The notes: a model not told the origin generated them from the letters alone. Positions 1-9,344 are shown, counted from the stretch's first letter. The stretch: DNA of 64,000 nucleotides from an uncultured Gammaproteobacteria bacterium (GCA_964364425.1 CAYIMB010000002.1:17436-81435), one strand, 5' to 3'. Translations and numbers: made by a program.

Positions 1-2
1 TA

Positions 3-227
3 GAAAAAATAAAAGACCTCTTACTTCAGTGGAAATCAATCATTGCGCGGGCCCAGCAAACAGAAACACCGGTGACTGGCTTTGAAGTGTTGCAAACTGA
101 GTTATCTAGCCTAGCCATTTTGTTTGCTGAGAATGCTTACATTAATGACCAGGGACTGGTGAAGTTAGAGTTGGCACCGCTGCCGGCAGGCAAGTCAGTG
201 CCGTTACCGGACAGACCTCTGGCATAA
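3..227 (+). CDS. 3' part of a PLP(D/E)R-terminated paralog family protein (truncated by window start)
   Basis: Manual translation from position 3: EKIKDLLLQW...LAILFAENAYINDQGLVKLEL...VPLPDRPLA*; C-terminus matches 236..1099. Confidence 0.8.
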   Translation, partial: EKIKDLLLQWKSIIARAQQTETPVTGFEVLQTELSSLAILFAENAYINDQGLVKLELAPLPAGKSVPLPDRPLA

Positions 228-235
228 AAATCGAT

Positions 236-1099
236 ATGAAACTAGAACCACGACCAACACTGAGACGATCAGCTAAAGCCGCCGAGGTACTTGGAGCGCC
301 GACTGAACAACTTGATCTCTTGTTTGATGTAGAAAAAGAGGTGCCCTGTGATGAATTTGAAAAATATAAACGGTGGTTGGCTGGTAAGGAGCCAACTAGC
401 GAGCAAGAAAAGAAAAATGTGGTGGCCAGTGCTTGGTATGGTTTGTTGCATCCTGAGTACAGGGACTTGATGCGTCAGAGTCCCTGGTTAAAAGAATTTT
501 GGGTGAAGTTTTTTGCCAGTGACATGGAAAAAGCCGTTGGGGAGCGTCAAAAAGGAAATAGATATTTTCACATTAGGAATAGTTTCGAAATAGCTGCTCC
601 CTTTGGGCAAGTGTTTCCAGAAAGACGGGCAGATCTCAAGCTGACTGAACAAGCGTATGAATGGCTGCTAGAGAATTTCCCACCATCCAACGAATCCCAA
701 ATCTACAATACTGCTGTTATTTTATTGGAATTATGGCCGGAACGCCGGGAAATTATTCTGTCCACGTATTTTCCTGAAGGTGCGCCTACGGAATTAGGGA
801 AAATCACTGATAATTGGACACTAGGGACCCGCTTGTTACTTTTCCCTGAATTGAGGCCAGCAGCCAGGAGTCACCTCGCCCAAAAGCGAGAACAATATAC
901 AACTGAGATTAGTTATTGGCGGGAGCGCTTTGACAGTGGTGAGCAGGACGCAGCCGGAGCGTTCAACGACTATCTGAAGAACCTCGCTATTTTGAGTGCA
1001 GAACAAGCTTGGATTGATGAAACCGGTATGGAGCATATTGAAATGCCGAGACGGGGAATGAGGAGAGATGTACCGTTACCGGACAGACCTCACGTATAA
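236..1099 (+). CDS. Hypothetical 287-aa protein, MKL.../PLPDR paralog family
   Basis: Starts MKLEPRPTLRRSAKAAEVLG and ends LAILSAEQAWIDETG...PLPDRPHV, termini shared with neighbours. Confidence 0.85.
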   Translation: MKLEPRPTLRRSAKAAEVLGAPTEQLDLLFDVEKEVPCDEFEKYKRWLAGKEPTSEQEKKNVVASAWYGLLHPEYRDLMRQSPWLKEFWVKFFASDMEKAVGERQKGNRYFHIRNSFEIAAPFGQVFPERRADLKLTEQAYEWLLENFPPSNESQIYNTAVILLELWPERREIILSTYFPEGAPTELGKITDNWTLGTRLLLFPELRPAARSHLAQKREQYTTEISYWRERFDSGEQDAAGAFNDYLKNLAILSAEQAWIDETGMEHIEMPRRGMRRDVPLPDRPHV

Positions 1100-1106
1100 A
1101 ATCGAT

Positions 1107-1976
1107 ATGAAACTACGCCACACACCAGAACGAAAATCCAAACCACGACCCGCAGAGCTTCTAGGTATGGCAGAAAGAGACTCGAGTGAAGAGCGCTTTG
1201 ATCCGTTCCGACATGGCCAACTAGAGGAATACAAACGGTTGTTCATGACCGAATTCAACGAGCAAAAAAGAACTGGCAGGTATGACCCTTTCTTCTGGGC
1301 CAACGACTTGGTTCCCACGTTGGTAGATACATCATGGGTTGAGCAACTAAGGAAAAATGCTGTGGTAAAAGTGGGGGTGGTCACTTTTGCCCAAACAGAG
1401 TTAGCGACCGAGTCAGTCAGTGACTTGTCAAATGATCATTTTCAGCTCTTGGCTAAATTAGCTCAAATATTTCCGGAAGTTAGAATTGACCCTGAAATTA
1501 GTCCGCGGGTGAGAAAGTATTATGACGGCAACGTGGACAGGTGGATTCATTTTTTAGGCGAACGTGGCCCCAAAGCTGAACGGGTGTGTCTGCCTAACTT
1601 AGCTGCGGCCATGCAGCTTGTTCCAGACCAGCAGTCACGGATTACCCAGAGGTTTTTAACCAAAGGCAAAGACAGAGTGCTGTTTTTAGTAAATACTTAT
1701 TTGCCTCAGGAACCCATTAAATCGTTATTAGTTGCAGCTAAGGCTTTACTCATTAACCCAGATATGAGAGCAGAAATTCAAGAACGGCTTGAGCCATATT
1801 GGCCGGAGATCAGAAAAGAAATCAGGGAAAAGAAAACCACTGCCTCATTTTTGGCTGGTTCAATTGTGGGCGCCAAGCAAGTTCAGGTAGACCATAAGGG
1901 AGAGCTGCATTTTGATTTTAGTCGGACAGAGGTATTGAAGGCTTCGTCTCCGTTACCGGAAAGACCTCACGTGTAA
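1107..1976 (+). CDS. Hypothetical 289-aa protein, MKL.../PLPER paralog family
   Basis: Start moved from 1068 to the ATG of MKLRHTPERK by analogy with paralogs; ends VDHKGEL...PLPERPHV. Confidence 0.85.
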   Translation: MKLRHTPERKSKPRPAELLGMAERDSSEERFDPFRHGQLEEYKRLFMTEFNEQKRTGRYDPFFWANDLVPTLVDTSWVEQLRKNAVVKVGVVTFAQTELATESVSDLSNDHFQLLAKLAQIFPEVRIDPEISPRVRKYYDGNVDRWIHFLGERGPKAERVCLPNLAAAMQLVPDQQSRITQRFLTKGKDRVLFLVNTYLPQEPIKSLLVAAKALLINPDMRAEIQERLEPYWPEIRKEIREKKTTASFLAGSIVGAKQVQVDHKGELHFDFSRTEVLKASSPLPERPHV

Positions 1977-2007
1977 ATCGATTTTATTTTAGGGTATATT
2001 CTCATAT

Positions 2008-2202
2008 ATGACTAAAAAGAAACCAATTGTTCGCAAGTCTAAGCTCAAGCGAAAAGAGTTTGTTGATTTGTCTCAGCTCAAAATCACTGGAGGACCACAA
2101 AACCTCTCTAAAGATATAGATAAATATTTGTACGGTCGTTTGAGCCCAGATGTTGACACCCAAGCTCAATCTGGTATGATCGCGCCTGTTCCCTCGAACT
2201 GA
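2008..2202 (+). CDS. Small basic protein with an antitoxin-like C-terminal motif
   Basis: TATATT -10-like box just upstream; [12 protein letters not shown] resembles tails of small antitoxin-like proteins (recall, not searched). Confidence 0.45.
   Translation: MTKKKPIVRKSKLKRKEFVDLSQLKITGGPQNLSKDIDKYLYGRLSPDVDTQAQSGMIAPVPSN
2153..2180 (+). promoter_or_regulatory. sigma70-type promoter for rpsL
   Basis: TTGACA-N16-TATGAT upstream of rpsL. Confidence 0.6.
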
Positions 2203-2261
2203 TATCGTCAGCCAAAACACCGAGTTGCATCCGTGTTTTAGCCCAACAAACTAGATTCGTT

Positions 2262-2681
2262 ATGCCAACCATGTCTCAGCTGATCCGCAAGGGTCGGAAA
2301 AGTCAGAAAACCAAGTCCAAGACCCCGGCGTTACAGAGTCGCCTCAACGCCCTCCGTCGCAAACGTTCTGAGTTGCCCATGGGCAGCCCATTTATGCGTG
2401 GTGTGTGTGTGAAGGTCACTACCATGACCCCAAAGAAACCAAACTCCGCTTTACGTAAAATTGCTCGTGTTCGTTTGTCTAACGGAATGGAAGTTACGGC
2501 TTACATTCCTGGTGAAGGACATAACTTGCAAGAACACTCTATTGTGTTGATCCGCGGCGGCAGGGTGAAAGATCTTCCAGGTGTGCGGTATCACATTGTG
2601 CGCGGTGTCTATGACACTCAAGGTGTTGACGGTCGCAAACGTGGTCGTAGTTTATATGGTGCCAAAAGCTCTAAGAAATAA
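2262..2681 (+). CDS. rpsL: 30S ribosomal protein S12
   Basis: [17 protein letters not shown] and [13 protein letters not shown] motifs. Confidence 0.99.
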   Translation: MPTMSQLIRKGRKSQKTKSKTPALQSRLNALRRKRSELPMGSPFMRGVCVKVTTMTPKKPNSALRKIARVRLSNGMEVTAYIPGEGHNLQEHSIVLIRGGRVKDLPGVRYHIVRGVYDTQGVDGRKRGRSLYGAKSSKK

Positions 2682-2692
2682 CTCATACAGAT

Positions 2693-3157
2693 ATGAGAGG
2701 TAAATCAGCTCCAAAACGAAGTATTCTTCCAGATCCTCGGTACAAAAGCACATCCATGGCGAAGTTTATTAACTACATCATGGAACGGGGCAAGAAATCT
2801 GTAGCCCAAAAGATTGTCTACGGCGCGTTTGACATTATCAAAGAGAAGACCGGGAAAGAACCTATGGATGTGTATGATGCCGCTATGAAGAACATCACGC
2901 CGTCTGTGGAAGTGCGTGCCCGCCGGATTGGTGGCGCCAACTACCAAGTTCCAGTGGAAGTGAGTCCAGACCGCCGCTTCACCTTGGCCAGTCGTTGGCT
3001 CATTAACGCTGCTCGGGCGCGCAAAGGCCGCCCCATGGCAGAGAAGTTGGCCGCTGAGATTATGGATGCTCAAAACGAACAAGGTGACGCCTACAAAAAG
3101 AAAATGGATGTCCAACGCATGGCTGAAGCCAACCGTGCTTTTGCTCACTTTGCATAG
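2693..3157 (+). CDS. rpsG: 30S ribosomal protein S7
   Basis: [25 protein letters not shown]; follows rpsL. Confidence 0.99.
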   Translation: MRGKSAPKRSILPDPRYKSTSMAKFINYIMERGKKSVAQKIVYGAFDIIKEKTGKEPMDVYDAAMKNITPSVEVRARRIGGANYQVPVEVSPDRRFTLASRWLINAARARKGRPMAEKLAAEIMDAQNEQGDAYKKKMDVQRMAEANRAFAHFA

Positions 3158-3187
3158 GATTTAGTTCGATTTTCACAAAAAGTAGAG

Positions 3188-3263
3188 AAGGGCGACGGAA
3201 GCAGGGTCCGCGAGGCAGGGTGATTGAAGCTCCCGAACGAGCGGGCCCTGCTGAGTCGCCCTT
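3188..3263 (+). repeat. Structured intergenic repeat, copy 1 (copy 2 at 30995-31065)
   Basis: Nested stems GGGCGAC/GTCGCCC and GCAGGGTCCGC/GCGGGCCCTGC around a conserved core GCAGGGTGATTGAAGCTCCCG. Confidence 0.85.
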
Positions 3264-3333
3264 TTGGTTTCCATTAGTGAAAGTCGACAAAAAATGCTAT
3301 ACTCAAGGGCATAAGATCATTTATCCACAGCCT

Positions 3334-3732
3334 ATGAAAAAAGTCCTTGCTTTGGTGTCTGGTTGGGCGTTTGCTGCGTTTGCCCCAGTGGCAGCGTTAG
3401 CGCAAACAACCTCAGATTATAATTATAACTATGATTATAATTATAATTCCGGTGTGTCAGATGCCGCCGCCGCTGGCCTAGGAATTGGCCTCTTAATCTT
3501 CTGGGGCATCTTCATGATTATTGGCTTAGCCTTCTTGATCCTGTGGATCATGATGTTGGTTGATGCCATTAAACGCCAATGGCCAGAACGGACCACTTGG
3601 TTGATCATTTTGATCATCAGCTTCTTCCTGGGTTTGCACTGGTTGGCTGCTATCCTGTATTACTTCTTGGTCAAAAAGAAGAATGTGGGAACCAAATCTG
3701 GTGCCGCCGCTCCTATGGCTCCAGCAAAATAG
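3334..3732 (+). CDS. Membrane protein with PLDc_N-like C-terminal segment
   Basis: Start moved to MKKVLALV (signal-peptide-like); LWIMMLVDAIKRQWPERTTWLIILI pattern. Confidence 0.75.
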   Translation: MKKVLALVSGWAFAAFAPVAALAQTTSDYNYNYDYNYNSGVSDAAAAGLGIGLLIFWGIFMIIGLAFLILWIMMLVDAIKRQWPERTTWLIILIISFFLGLHWLAAILYYFLVKKKNVGTKSGAAAPMAPAK

Positions 3733-3752
3733 GTCGATTTTTTACAGACCAC

Positions 3753-3780
3753 AAACACCCGGCCCCATGCCGGGTGTTTG
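3753..3780. terminator. Hairpin terminator between convergent genes
   Basis: AAACACCCGGC-CCCAT-GCCGGGTGTTT. Confidence 0.7.
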
Positions 3781-3864
3781 CTTTTGTCTCATTTTGTCTA
3801 AAATGAAGAACCGACCGGAACTGCCTACAGGCAAGTCACGGTCGGTCCTCAGGGTGCAGGGGAA

Positions 3865-4332
3865 TCAGCCCCAGGGACCATTCCCGGGCTCCCAGTCGCA
3901 GGCCCGCTCCAGCCAGTTCTGGTTGTCCGGGTGGTGCCCAATCACTCCCTCCGCGGTGTGCAGCGGGGGCGGGATTTCCACACTGAGCTGCTCCGGCAGC
4001 TCGCGGTAGGCCTGGATCAGGGCGAGCCCCTGGCGCAGCTTGCCGGTCAACTCCATGGCCAGCCCCTGGCGGTAGTGGTACTGCCAGCTCGGCAAGTCCG
4101 GCATCTCTGACACCCTCCCGGACAGCTGGTCCAGGATGGTGTGGAAGCCGGCTTCCACCCGCTGGTCCTGGCAGGAGGTGCTCCCGCGGCCGTGCGTGAA
4201 GCACTCGTTGACCAGGTGCACTGAGATCTGGTGCAGGTCCACCAGGTCCAGCTCGTTGAGCATGCTGTCCACCCGCTGGGCCAGGTGGAACAGTCCGTGG
4301 GCCGCTGAGGCCCGTACTTGCATCATGTGCAT
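3865..4332 (-). CDS. High-GC3 helical hypothetical protein, paralog of 4474..4935
   Basis: SD AAGGAG before the ATG at 4332; almost all codons end in G/C; GKLRQGLALIQAYRELP matches neighbour. Confidence 0.75.
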   Translation of the reverse strand: MHMMQVRASAAHGLFHLAQRVDSMLNELDLVDLHQISVHLVNECFTHGRGSTSCQDQRVEAGFHTILDQLSGRVSEMPDLPSWQYHYRQGLAMELTGKLRQGLALIQAYRELPEQLSVEIPPPLHTAEGVIGHHPDNQNWLERACDWEPGNGPWG

Positions 4333-4473
4333 CAGAACTCCTTGCCGCTTGGGAAAATAGCGGTCTAGTGCCCCTGTTTTACGCCCAATGGTATAAAAAG
4401 TCAATGTAAATCGATTTACTCTTTTAAAAAAGAAGCGGCCGCTGGTCCCGAAAAGTGGAAACAGCGGCCAACC

Positions 4474-4935
4474 TCAATGTGCGAAGGGGTCTACTGGGGC
4501 GGGGTGGAAGCCACCTCGCTGGCCTTGGCCGGGGGTTGCCATGAGGGGCCGCGGAGGACGCTTGCGCTCGGGCTCCGTTGGCAGCTCGCGGTAGGCCATG
4601 ATCAGGGCCTTGGCCTCCTTGACCTTGCCCTGGAGCTGCTCGAACTTGGCCACCCGGTGCATGCGCTCCCAGATCGCCAGGGTGGTGAATCCGGAGGAGT
4701 CCAGGTGACACTCGGTGAGCAGATGCTCCAGGCGGTTGACCTTGCTCTCCAGCGTGCCCAGCACAGACGAATCCTGCTGGAGCTGGAAGGCCAGGCTGAC
4801 CAGCTCACTGGCGAGCTGGGTGATGCCGTCCATCTCCTGCTCCCAGTTGGACAGAATGACGGTGTTGTTGACCTGCTGCAGCACCCCGGACAGAGCCAGG
4901 GCCGCGGTGAGCTTGATGTGGATGAGGCGTGCCAA
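4474..4935 (-). CDS. High-GC3 helical hypothetical protein, paralog of 3865..4332
   Basis: SD AAGGAGG before TTG start; GKVKEAKALIMAYRELP; downstream hairpin plus T-run at ~4425-4470. Confidence 0.75.
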   Translation of the reverse strand: MARLIHIKLTAALALSGVLQQVNNTVILSNWEQEMDGITQLASELVSLAFQLQQDSSVLGTLESKVNRLEHLLTECHLDSSGFTTLAIWERMHRVAKFEQLQGKVKEAKALIMAYRELPTEPERKRPPRPLMATPGQGQRGGFHPAPVDPFAH

Positions 4936-5059
4936 ATGAAAACCCTCCTTATGGGCTTGCCTGTTCTACAGATTTTTTTTCGTTTCGTCAACCAGCTCTT
5001 GACGAACACCCTCATTTATCATATGTTCTAGGCCTGCAAATCGATTTTTAATTTTTGTT

Positions 5060-7135
5060 ATGCCTCGAAAATATCCACTAGAAAAAACTCGCAACATTGG
5101 AATCATTGCGCATATTGATGCTGGGAAGACCACGGTATCTGAACGCGTGTTGTTTTACACCGGAAAAACCCACAAAATTGGTGAGGTGCATGAAGGTGAA
5201 GCCACTATGGATTGGATGGAACAAGAGCAAGAACGCGGGATTACCATCACTTCAGCGGCTACCACCTGTTTCTGGAAAGACTGCATGATCAACATCATTG
5301 ATACTCCAGGGCACGTGGATTTCACGGTGGAGGTGGAGCGGTCTTTGCGCGTGCTGGATGGTGGTGTGGTTATTTTTGATGGTGTGGCTGGGGTGGAACC
5401 TCAATCTGAAACAGTCTGGCACCAAGCGGATAAATACAACGTGCCTCGTATTTGTTTCATCAACAAAATGGATCGCACGGGTGCTGATTTTTACAAAGAC
5501 TTAGGCATGATTCATGACCGGTTGACCAAGAACGCACATCCCATTCAGTTACCAATTGGTGCTGAGGATAAATTTGAGGGGATGATTGACCTGCTCACAC
5601 GGAAAGCTTTCTACTACCGGGATGACATGGGTCAACAAGTGGAGGAGTTGGACGTGCCGGCTGACATGCAGGAGAAGGTAGAAAAGTACCGCGGACAGTT
5701 GATTGAAGCCATAGTAGAGCAAGATGAGAAAATGATGGAAGCGTACCTTGGTGGAACAGAGCCGAGTTTAGAAGAACTCAAGACAACGCTTCGTGCCGCG
5801 GTGGTGCAATTCAAAATCATTCCAGTCATGTGTGGTTCAGCTTTGAAGAACAAGGGCGTACAAAAAATGCTGGATGCTGTGGTGGATTACTTACCATCTC
5901 CGGTGGACACCCCAGCTATTGTAGGAACTGATCCAAACGACCCAGAGAAGAAAGTTGAACGTCATGCCAGTGATGAAGAACCAGTAGCCGCCTTGGCTTT
6001 CAAAGTAGCTTCTGACCCTTTTGTGGGTAAATTGACCTTCATCCGTGTGTACTCCGGTGTGTTGCAATCTGGTTCTTATGTGATGAACACCACCTCTGGT
6101 AAAAAGGAACGTATTTCCCGCTTGGTGAAATTACATGCCAACCACCGTGAAGATATTAGCGAGATCAGAGCAGGGGATATTGGCGCGGCGGTGGGTTTGA
6201 AAGAAACCAGGACTGGTGACACCTTGTGTGATGAAACCAACCCAGTGCAATTGGAAAACATTGTATTCCCAGAACCAGTTATTTCTATTGCTATTGAACC
6301 AAAGACCAAAGCTGACCAGGAAAAAATGGGTATTGCTTTGTCTAAACTATCTGAAGAAGACCCAACCTTCCGCGTACAATCTAACGAAGAAACTGGCCAG
6401 ACCTTAATCAGTGGTATGGGTGAGTTGCACCTGGAAATTATTGTGGACCGTATGAAACGTGAATTCTCTGTGGGCGCTAACGTGGGCGCTCCGCAAGTGG
6501 CGTATAAAGAAACCATTTCTCAACACGCTGAAGCTCAAGGAAAATATATCAAACAATCAGGTGGACGTGGTCAGTATGGAGACGCGTGGGTCAAGGTGGA
6601 TCCAAATCCAGGTAAGGGCTTTGAGTTTGTGGATGATGTGGTGGGCGGGGCTATCCCACGTGAATATATTCAGCCAGTGGGCAAAGGAGCCAAAGAAGCC
6701 CTGCTCAATGGTGTCTTGGCTGGCTACCCCATGGTAGATGTGATGGTGACGGTGTTTGATGGTTCTTACCATGAGGTTGACTCGTCTGAAGCGGCTTTCA
6801 AAGTAGCTGGTTCCATGGCTACTCAAGAAGCTTGTCGTAAAGCCAAGCCAGTGATTCTGGAACCGTTGATGAAAGTGGAAGTGATCACCCCAGAACAATT
6901 CATGGGTGATGTGATTGGTGACTTGAACTCCAAACGTGGACAAATTCAAGAGATGACTGACCGGGTGCAAATGAAAGTGGTGCGCGCAGAAGTGCCCTTG
7001 TCAGAAATGTTTGGCTACTCTACTTCACTCCGTTCCATGACCCAAGGCCGCGCTTCTTATTCCATGGAATTCCAAAAGTATGCCCCCGTGCCAAACAATG
7101 TAGCTACGCAGATTATAGAAGGCAAAAAGAAGTAA
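5060..7135 (+). CDS. fusA: Elongation factor G
   Basis: [23 protein letters not shown] motifs; 691 aa. Confidence 0.99.
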   Translation: MPRKYPLEKTRNIGIIAHIDAGKTTVSERVLFYTGKTHKIGEVHEGEATMDWMEQEQERGITITSAATTCFWKDCMINIIDTPGHVDFTVEVERSLRVLDGGVVIFDGVAGVEPQSETVWHQADKYNVPRICFINKMDRTGADFYKDLGMIHDRLTKNAHPIQLPIGAEDKFEGMIDLLTRKAFYYRDDMGQQVEELDVPADMQEKVEKYRGQLIEAIVEQDEKMMEAYLGGTEPSLEELKTTLRAAVVQFKIIPVMCGSALKNKGVQKMLDAVVDYLPSPVDTPAIVGTDPNDPEKKVERHASDEEPVAALAFKVASDPFVGKLTFIRVYSGVLQSGSYVMNTTSGKKERISRLVKLHANHREDISEIRAGDIGAAVGLKETRTGDTLCDETNPVQLENIVFPEPVISIAIEPKTKADQEKMGIALSKLSEEDPTFRVQSNEETGQTLISGMGELHLEIIVDRMKREFSVGANVGAPQVAYKETISQHAEAQGKYIKQSGGRGQYGDAWVKVDPNPGKGFEFVDDVVGGAIPREYIQPVGKGAKEALLNGVLAGYPMVDVMVTVFDGSYHEVDSSEAAFKVAGSMATQEACRKAKPVILEPLMKVEVITPEQFMGDVIGDLNSKRGQIQEMTDRVQMKVVRAEVPLSEMFGYSTSLRSMTQGRASYSMEFQKYAPVPNNVATQIIEGKKK

Positions 7136-7148
7136 GGTCGATTTTCAC

Positions 7149-7225
7149 GCGCTCTGGAATGGCTCGGGACTCGCTTGCTCCGCGCTGACGCTTGTGCGCC
7201 TCGAGTCCCTGCGCCACCAGAGCGC
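7149..7225. repeat. Long interrupted hairpin (REP-like or terminator) after fusA
   Basis: GCGCTCTGG..GGGACTCG....CGAGTCCC..CCAGAGCGC nested inverted repeats. Confidence 0.55.
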
Positions 7226-7293
7226 TTCAATTACTCTCCTCCGCCATCTTCCGGCGCCTTTTGGTTATTTCAAACCAGTGCTAACATGCAGAC

Positions 7294-8160
7294 ATGAAAT
7301 TACGTTCAGAAGCACGCCGAACGTTCCAGAAATCAGCCGATGTTTTGCTTCCTCATGAAGAGTTGCAACCGCGGATTTTTGATCCGCGTTTAGATTTACC
7401 GGCCGGAGAATATGCAAAATTTCGTGACACTGTTAAACGAGACACCTCTTTTAAGGGACCTAAGAGATTTAAAATTCCCCATGTAGCTTGGATCAGTTGG
7501 TTTGACCCGTCTTATAGAGACGACTTGCGCGGTGTTGATAAATACAAAGAACAGCAGGTATCTGAACTGTTTATAAAAGCTAATCAAGTTCATGGCTTTG
7601 ACTCACAAATGAGAGTGTTAGAATTGAACCTTCAACTTGCCAGAGTGTTGCAACAATTTCCAGAGACTAGAAAAGAATTAAAAGAACTAACAGAAGTTTC
7701 ACGCTTAGAATATGTAATGGAATGGATTCGTGATGGCGTAGATCCACAAATGATTGTGAATTGGATTCAGATTTGGCCTGAACACAGGGCAAGAATTATG
7801 CAAGCAGCCTTTCCTAAAGGGTTGGAGGGTTTCTTGAAACAAGAAGAACAGAATTTATTTGACCCACCTAGCAATCAAGTCAATTATGCAGCCGACTTAA
7901 GTTTGCTTTTTCCAGAATCAAAAGCTTTTTTATTACAGCTGATCAAAGACGCACTCCCAAGAGAGCGAGCGAGACTAAGAGAATTGTCAAAAAGTATTAG
8001 TCCGGATGATTTTAAAACCTACCACCGTTTGATTGGAGACCTTACAATACTAGGTGCTGAGCAGGCTACCATTGATCAACACGGTCTGATTCAGGTTGAG
8101 CTACAACCTCTGCACAAACTCAGTGTCGTGCCACCATTACCGGACAGATCAACGTTATAA
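7294..8160 (+). CDS. Hypothetical 288-aa protein, MKL.../PLPDR paralog family
   Basis: MKLRSEARRTFQKSADVLL...LTILGAEQATIDQHGLIQVEL...PLPDRSTL. Confidence 0.85.
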   Translation: MKLRSEARRTFQKSADVLLPHEELQPRIFDPRLDLPAGEYAKFRDTVKRDTSFKGPKRFKIPHVAWISWFDPSYRDDLRGVDKYKEQQVSELFIKANQVHGFDSQMRVLELNLQLARVLQQFPETRKELKELTEVSRLEYVMEWIRDGVDPQMIVNWIQIWPEHRARIMQAAFPKGLEGFLKQEEQNLFDPPSNQVNYAADLSLLFPESKAFLLQLIKDALPRERARLRELSKSISPDDFKTYHRLIGDLTILGAEQATIDQHGLIQVELQPLHKLSVVPPLPDRSTL

Positions 8161-8172
8161 ATCGATTTTATT

Positions 8173-8463
8173 TCAAAATAACGGAACCGTTTGCGGGTGT
8201 TCTATTTTATTGATATGAGCATGTACTTCATTAAACCCAACGGCCACAATGCGGGCGAAATCTTCAACGCTTGTTTCAATGCGATGGTCCGTCCAATCGC
8301 GCATTGTATTGAACTCTTCTTTCACCCAAACCCTATCCTGCCGGCGGCCTTCAATAATAAATTCGCGTATTTCAGCGAAGTGTTTATTAGTAATAGACTG
8401 CTCGCCAGCTAGGCGCTGGTCAAGCAAGTCCATGAACCACTGTTTGTCTTCTTGCGTTAGCAT
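8173..8463 (-). CDS. Small coiled-coil-like protein
   Basis: MLTQEDKQWF... helical pattern; near-leaderless promoter shared with 62774..63124. Confidence 0.7.
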   Translation of the reverse strand: MLTQEDKQWFMDLLDQRLAGEQSITNKHFAEIREFIIEGRRQDRVWVKEEFNTMRDWTDHRIETSVEDFARIVAVGFNEVHAHINKIEHPQTVPLF

Positions 8464-8529
8464 GGATCAATCATAGATCGCGGATTTGACCAGTCAAGTG
8501 GTATGTAGCGCCGTCTGTGGAAAAGTCTA

Positions 8530-8597
8530 TCTACTCACAGAATCAAATCGATTTTTACGGGATTTGATGCTCTGAGCAGAGGAGGATGGTTGGCGGT
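8530..8597. repeat. 68-bp direct repeat, copy 1
   Basis: Identical to 9388-9455 by manual alignment. Confidence 0.95.
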
Positions 8598-8682
8598 TCC
8601 ATGAAAGTCAAGACCTAAAAACAAAAAAATGGCTAACTTTAGCCATAAAAAACTGTGCGTACGCACAGATTTTTGTCTGAGA

Positions 8683-9000
8683 TTACACGCCTCGTTCTAG
8701 AGCCACCAATTTGGCAAATGGTTGTAAGAGTTGCCTCAGTTGACTGAGTGATACCCCGTATTCGCTTGTGTTTTGGCTCAAATCTGCAATCACTTCGTAC
8801 AACCGTCGCAGTTCTTTGCGTTGTTTTGCCGGTGCTCCACCAAAGGCGGAGAAACTGGCCAACTCCAACGCTCTAAATAGGCAGCTCTGGGCATGCTGTT
8901 GATCATTTTTTGCTTGCAAAGATTCCGCCCGCGCTAACTCACTCTCAATGTTCATGAGTTGTGTGGCCAAAGAAAACGTAGCCCAACGTTCAGCCGTCAT
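8683..9000 (-). CDS. Helical protein coupled to the DUF5674-like gene
   Basis: Start overlaps the end of the upstream gene; RWATFSLATQLMNIESELARA N-terminal motif. Confidence 0.8.
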   Translation of the reverse strand: MTAERWATFSLATQLMNIESELARAESLQAKNDQQHAQSCLFRALELASFSAFGGAPAKQRKELRRLYEVIADLSQNTSEYGVSLSQLRQLLQPFAKLVALERGV

Positions 9001-9344
9001 AACGCCAGCCGCTCAGTAATCACGGCCGCTACTTGCTGTTGAATAGCCGGATTTTGAATCAAGGTTTGTGTATTGCCTTGTTTGGGCCTGATGTTGATCA
9101 AAGACGTAAATTCCACCTGCTCTCCTTGAGGCCGCCCCGGAAAAATATTTGCTCCCCAGACATTTTTTTGTTTTGAACCTGAATCTAACAACACTGCCTC
9201 CGCATCTGCATGCAACTCACCACCAATGGCCAGAATTTTTTTATCAATATCCACTACCACCTTGACCATATCGCCGAAGGTGTCTTGAGCTAAGGCCAGA
9301 ACTTGTTCTTTTGGAAGTTTGTCGGTAACGATTTGAATTTCCAT
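8997..9344 (-). CDS. DUF5674-like protein
   Basis: MVKVVVD, GGELHADAE, WGAN, SLINIRP motifs recalled for DUF5674. Confidence 0.75.
   Translation of the reverse strand: MEIQIVTDKLPKEQVLALAQDTFGDMVKVVVDIDKKILAIGGELHADAEAVLLDSGSKQKNVWGANIFPGRPQGEQVEFTSLINIRPKQGNTQTLIQNPAIQQQVAAVITERLAL

Noticed and set aside
201-1984. Junction repeats as a CRISPR array or classical integron
   Set aside because: Spacing is ~870 bp and the repeats are coding; no cas or integrase gene; no RYYYAAC/GTTRRRY attC ends.
3415-3447. TATAAT-rich tandem repeat as a promoter array
   Set aside because: It lies inside a CDS and encodes DYNYNYDYNYN low-complexity sequence.
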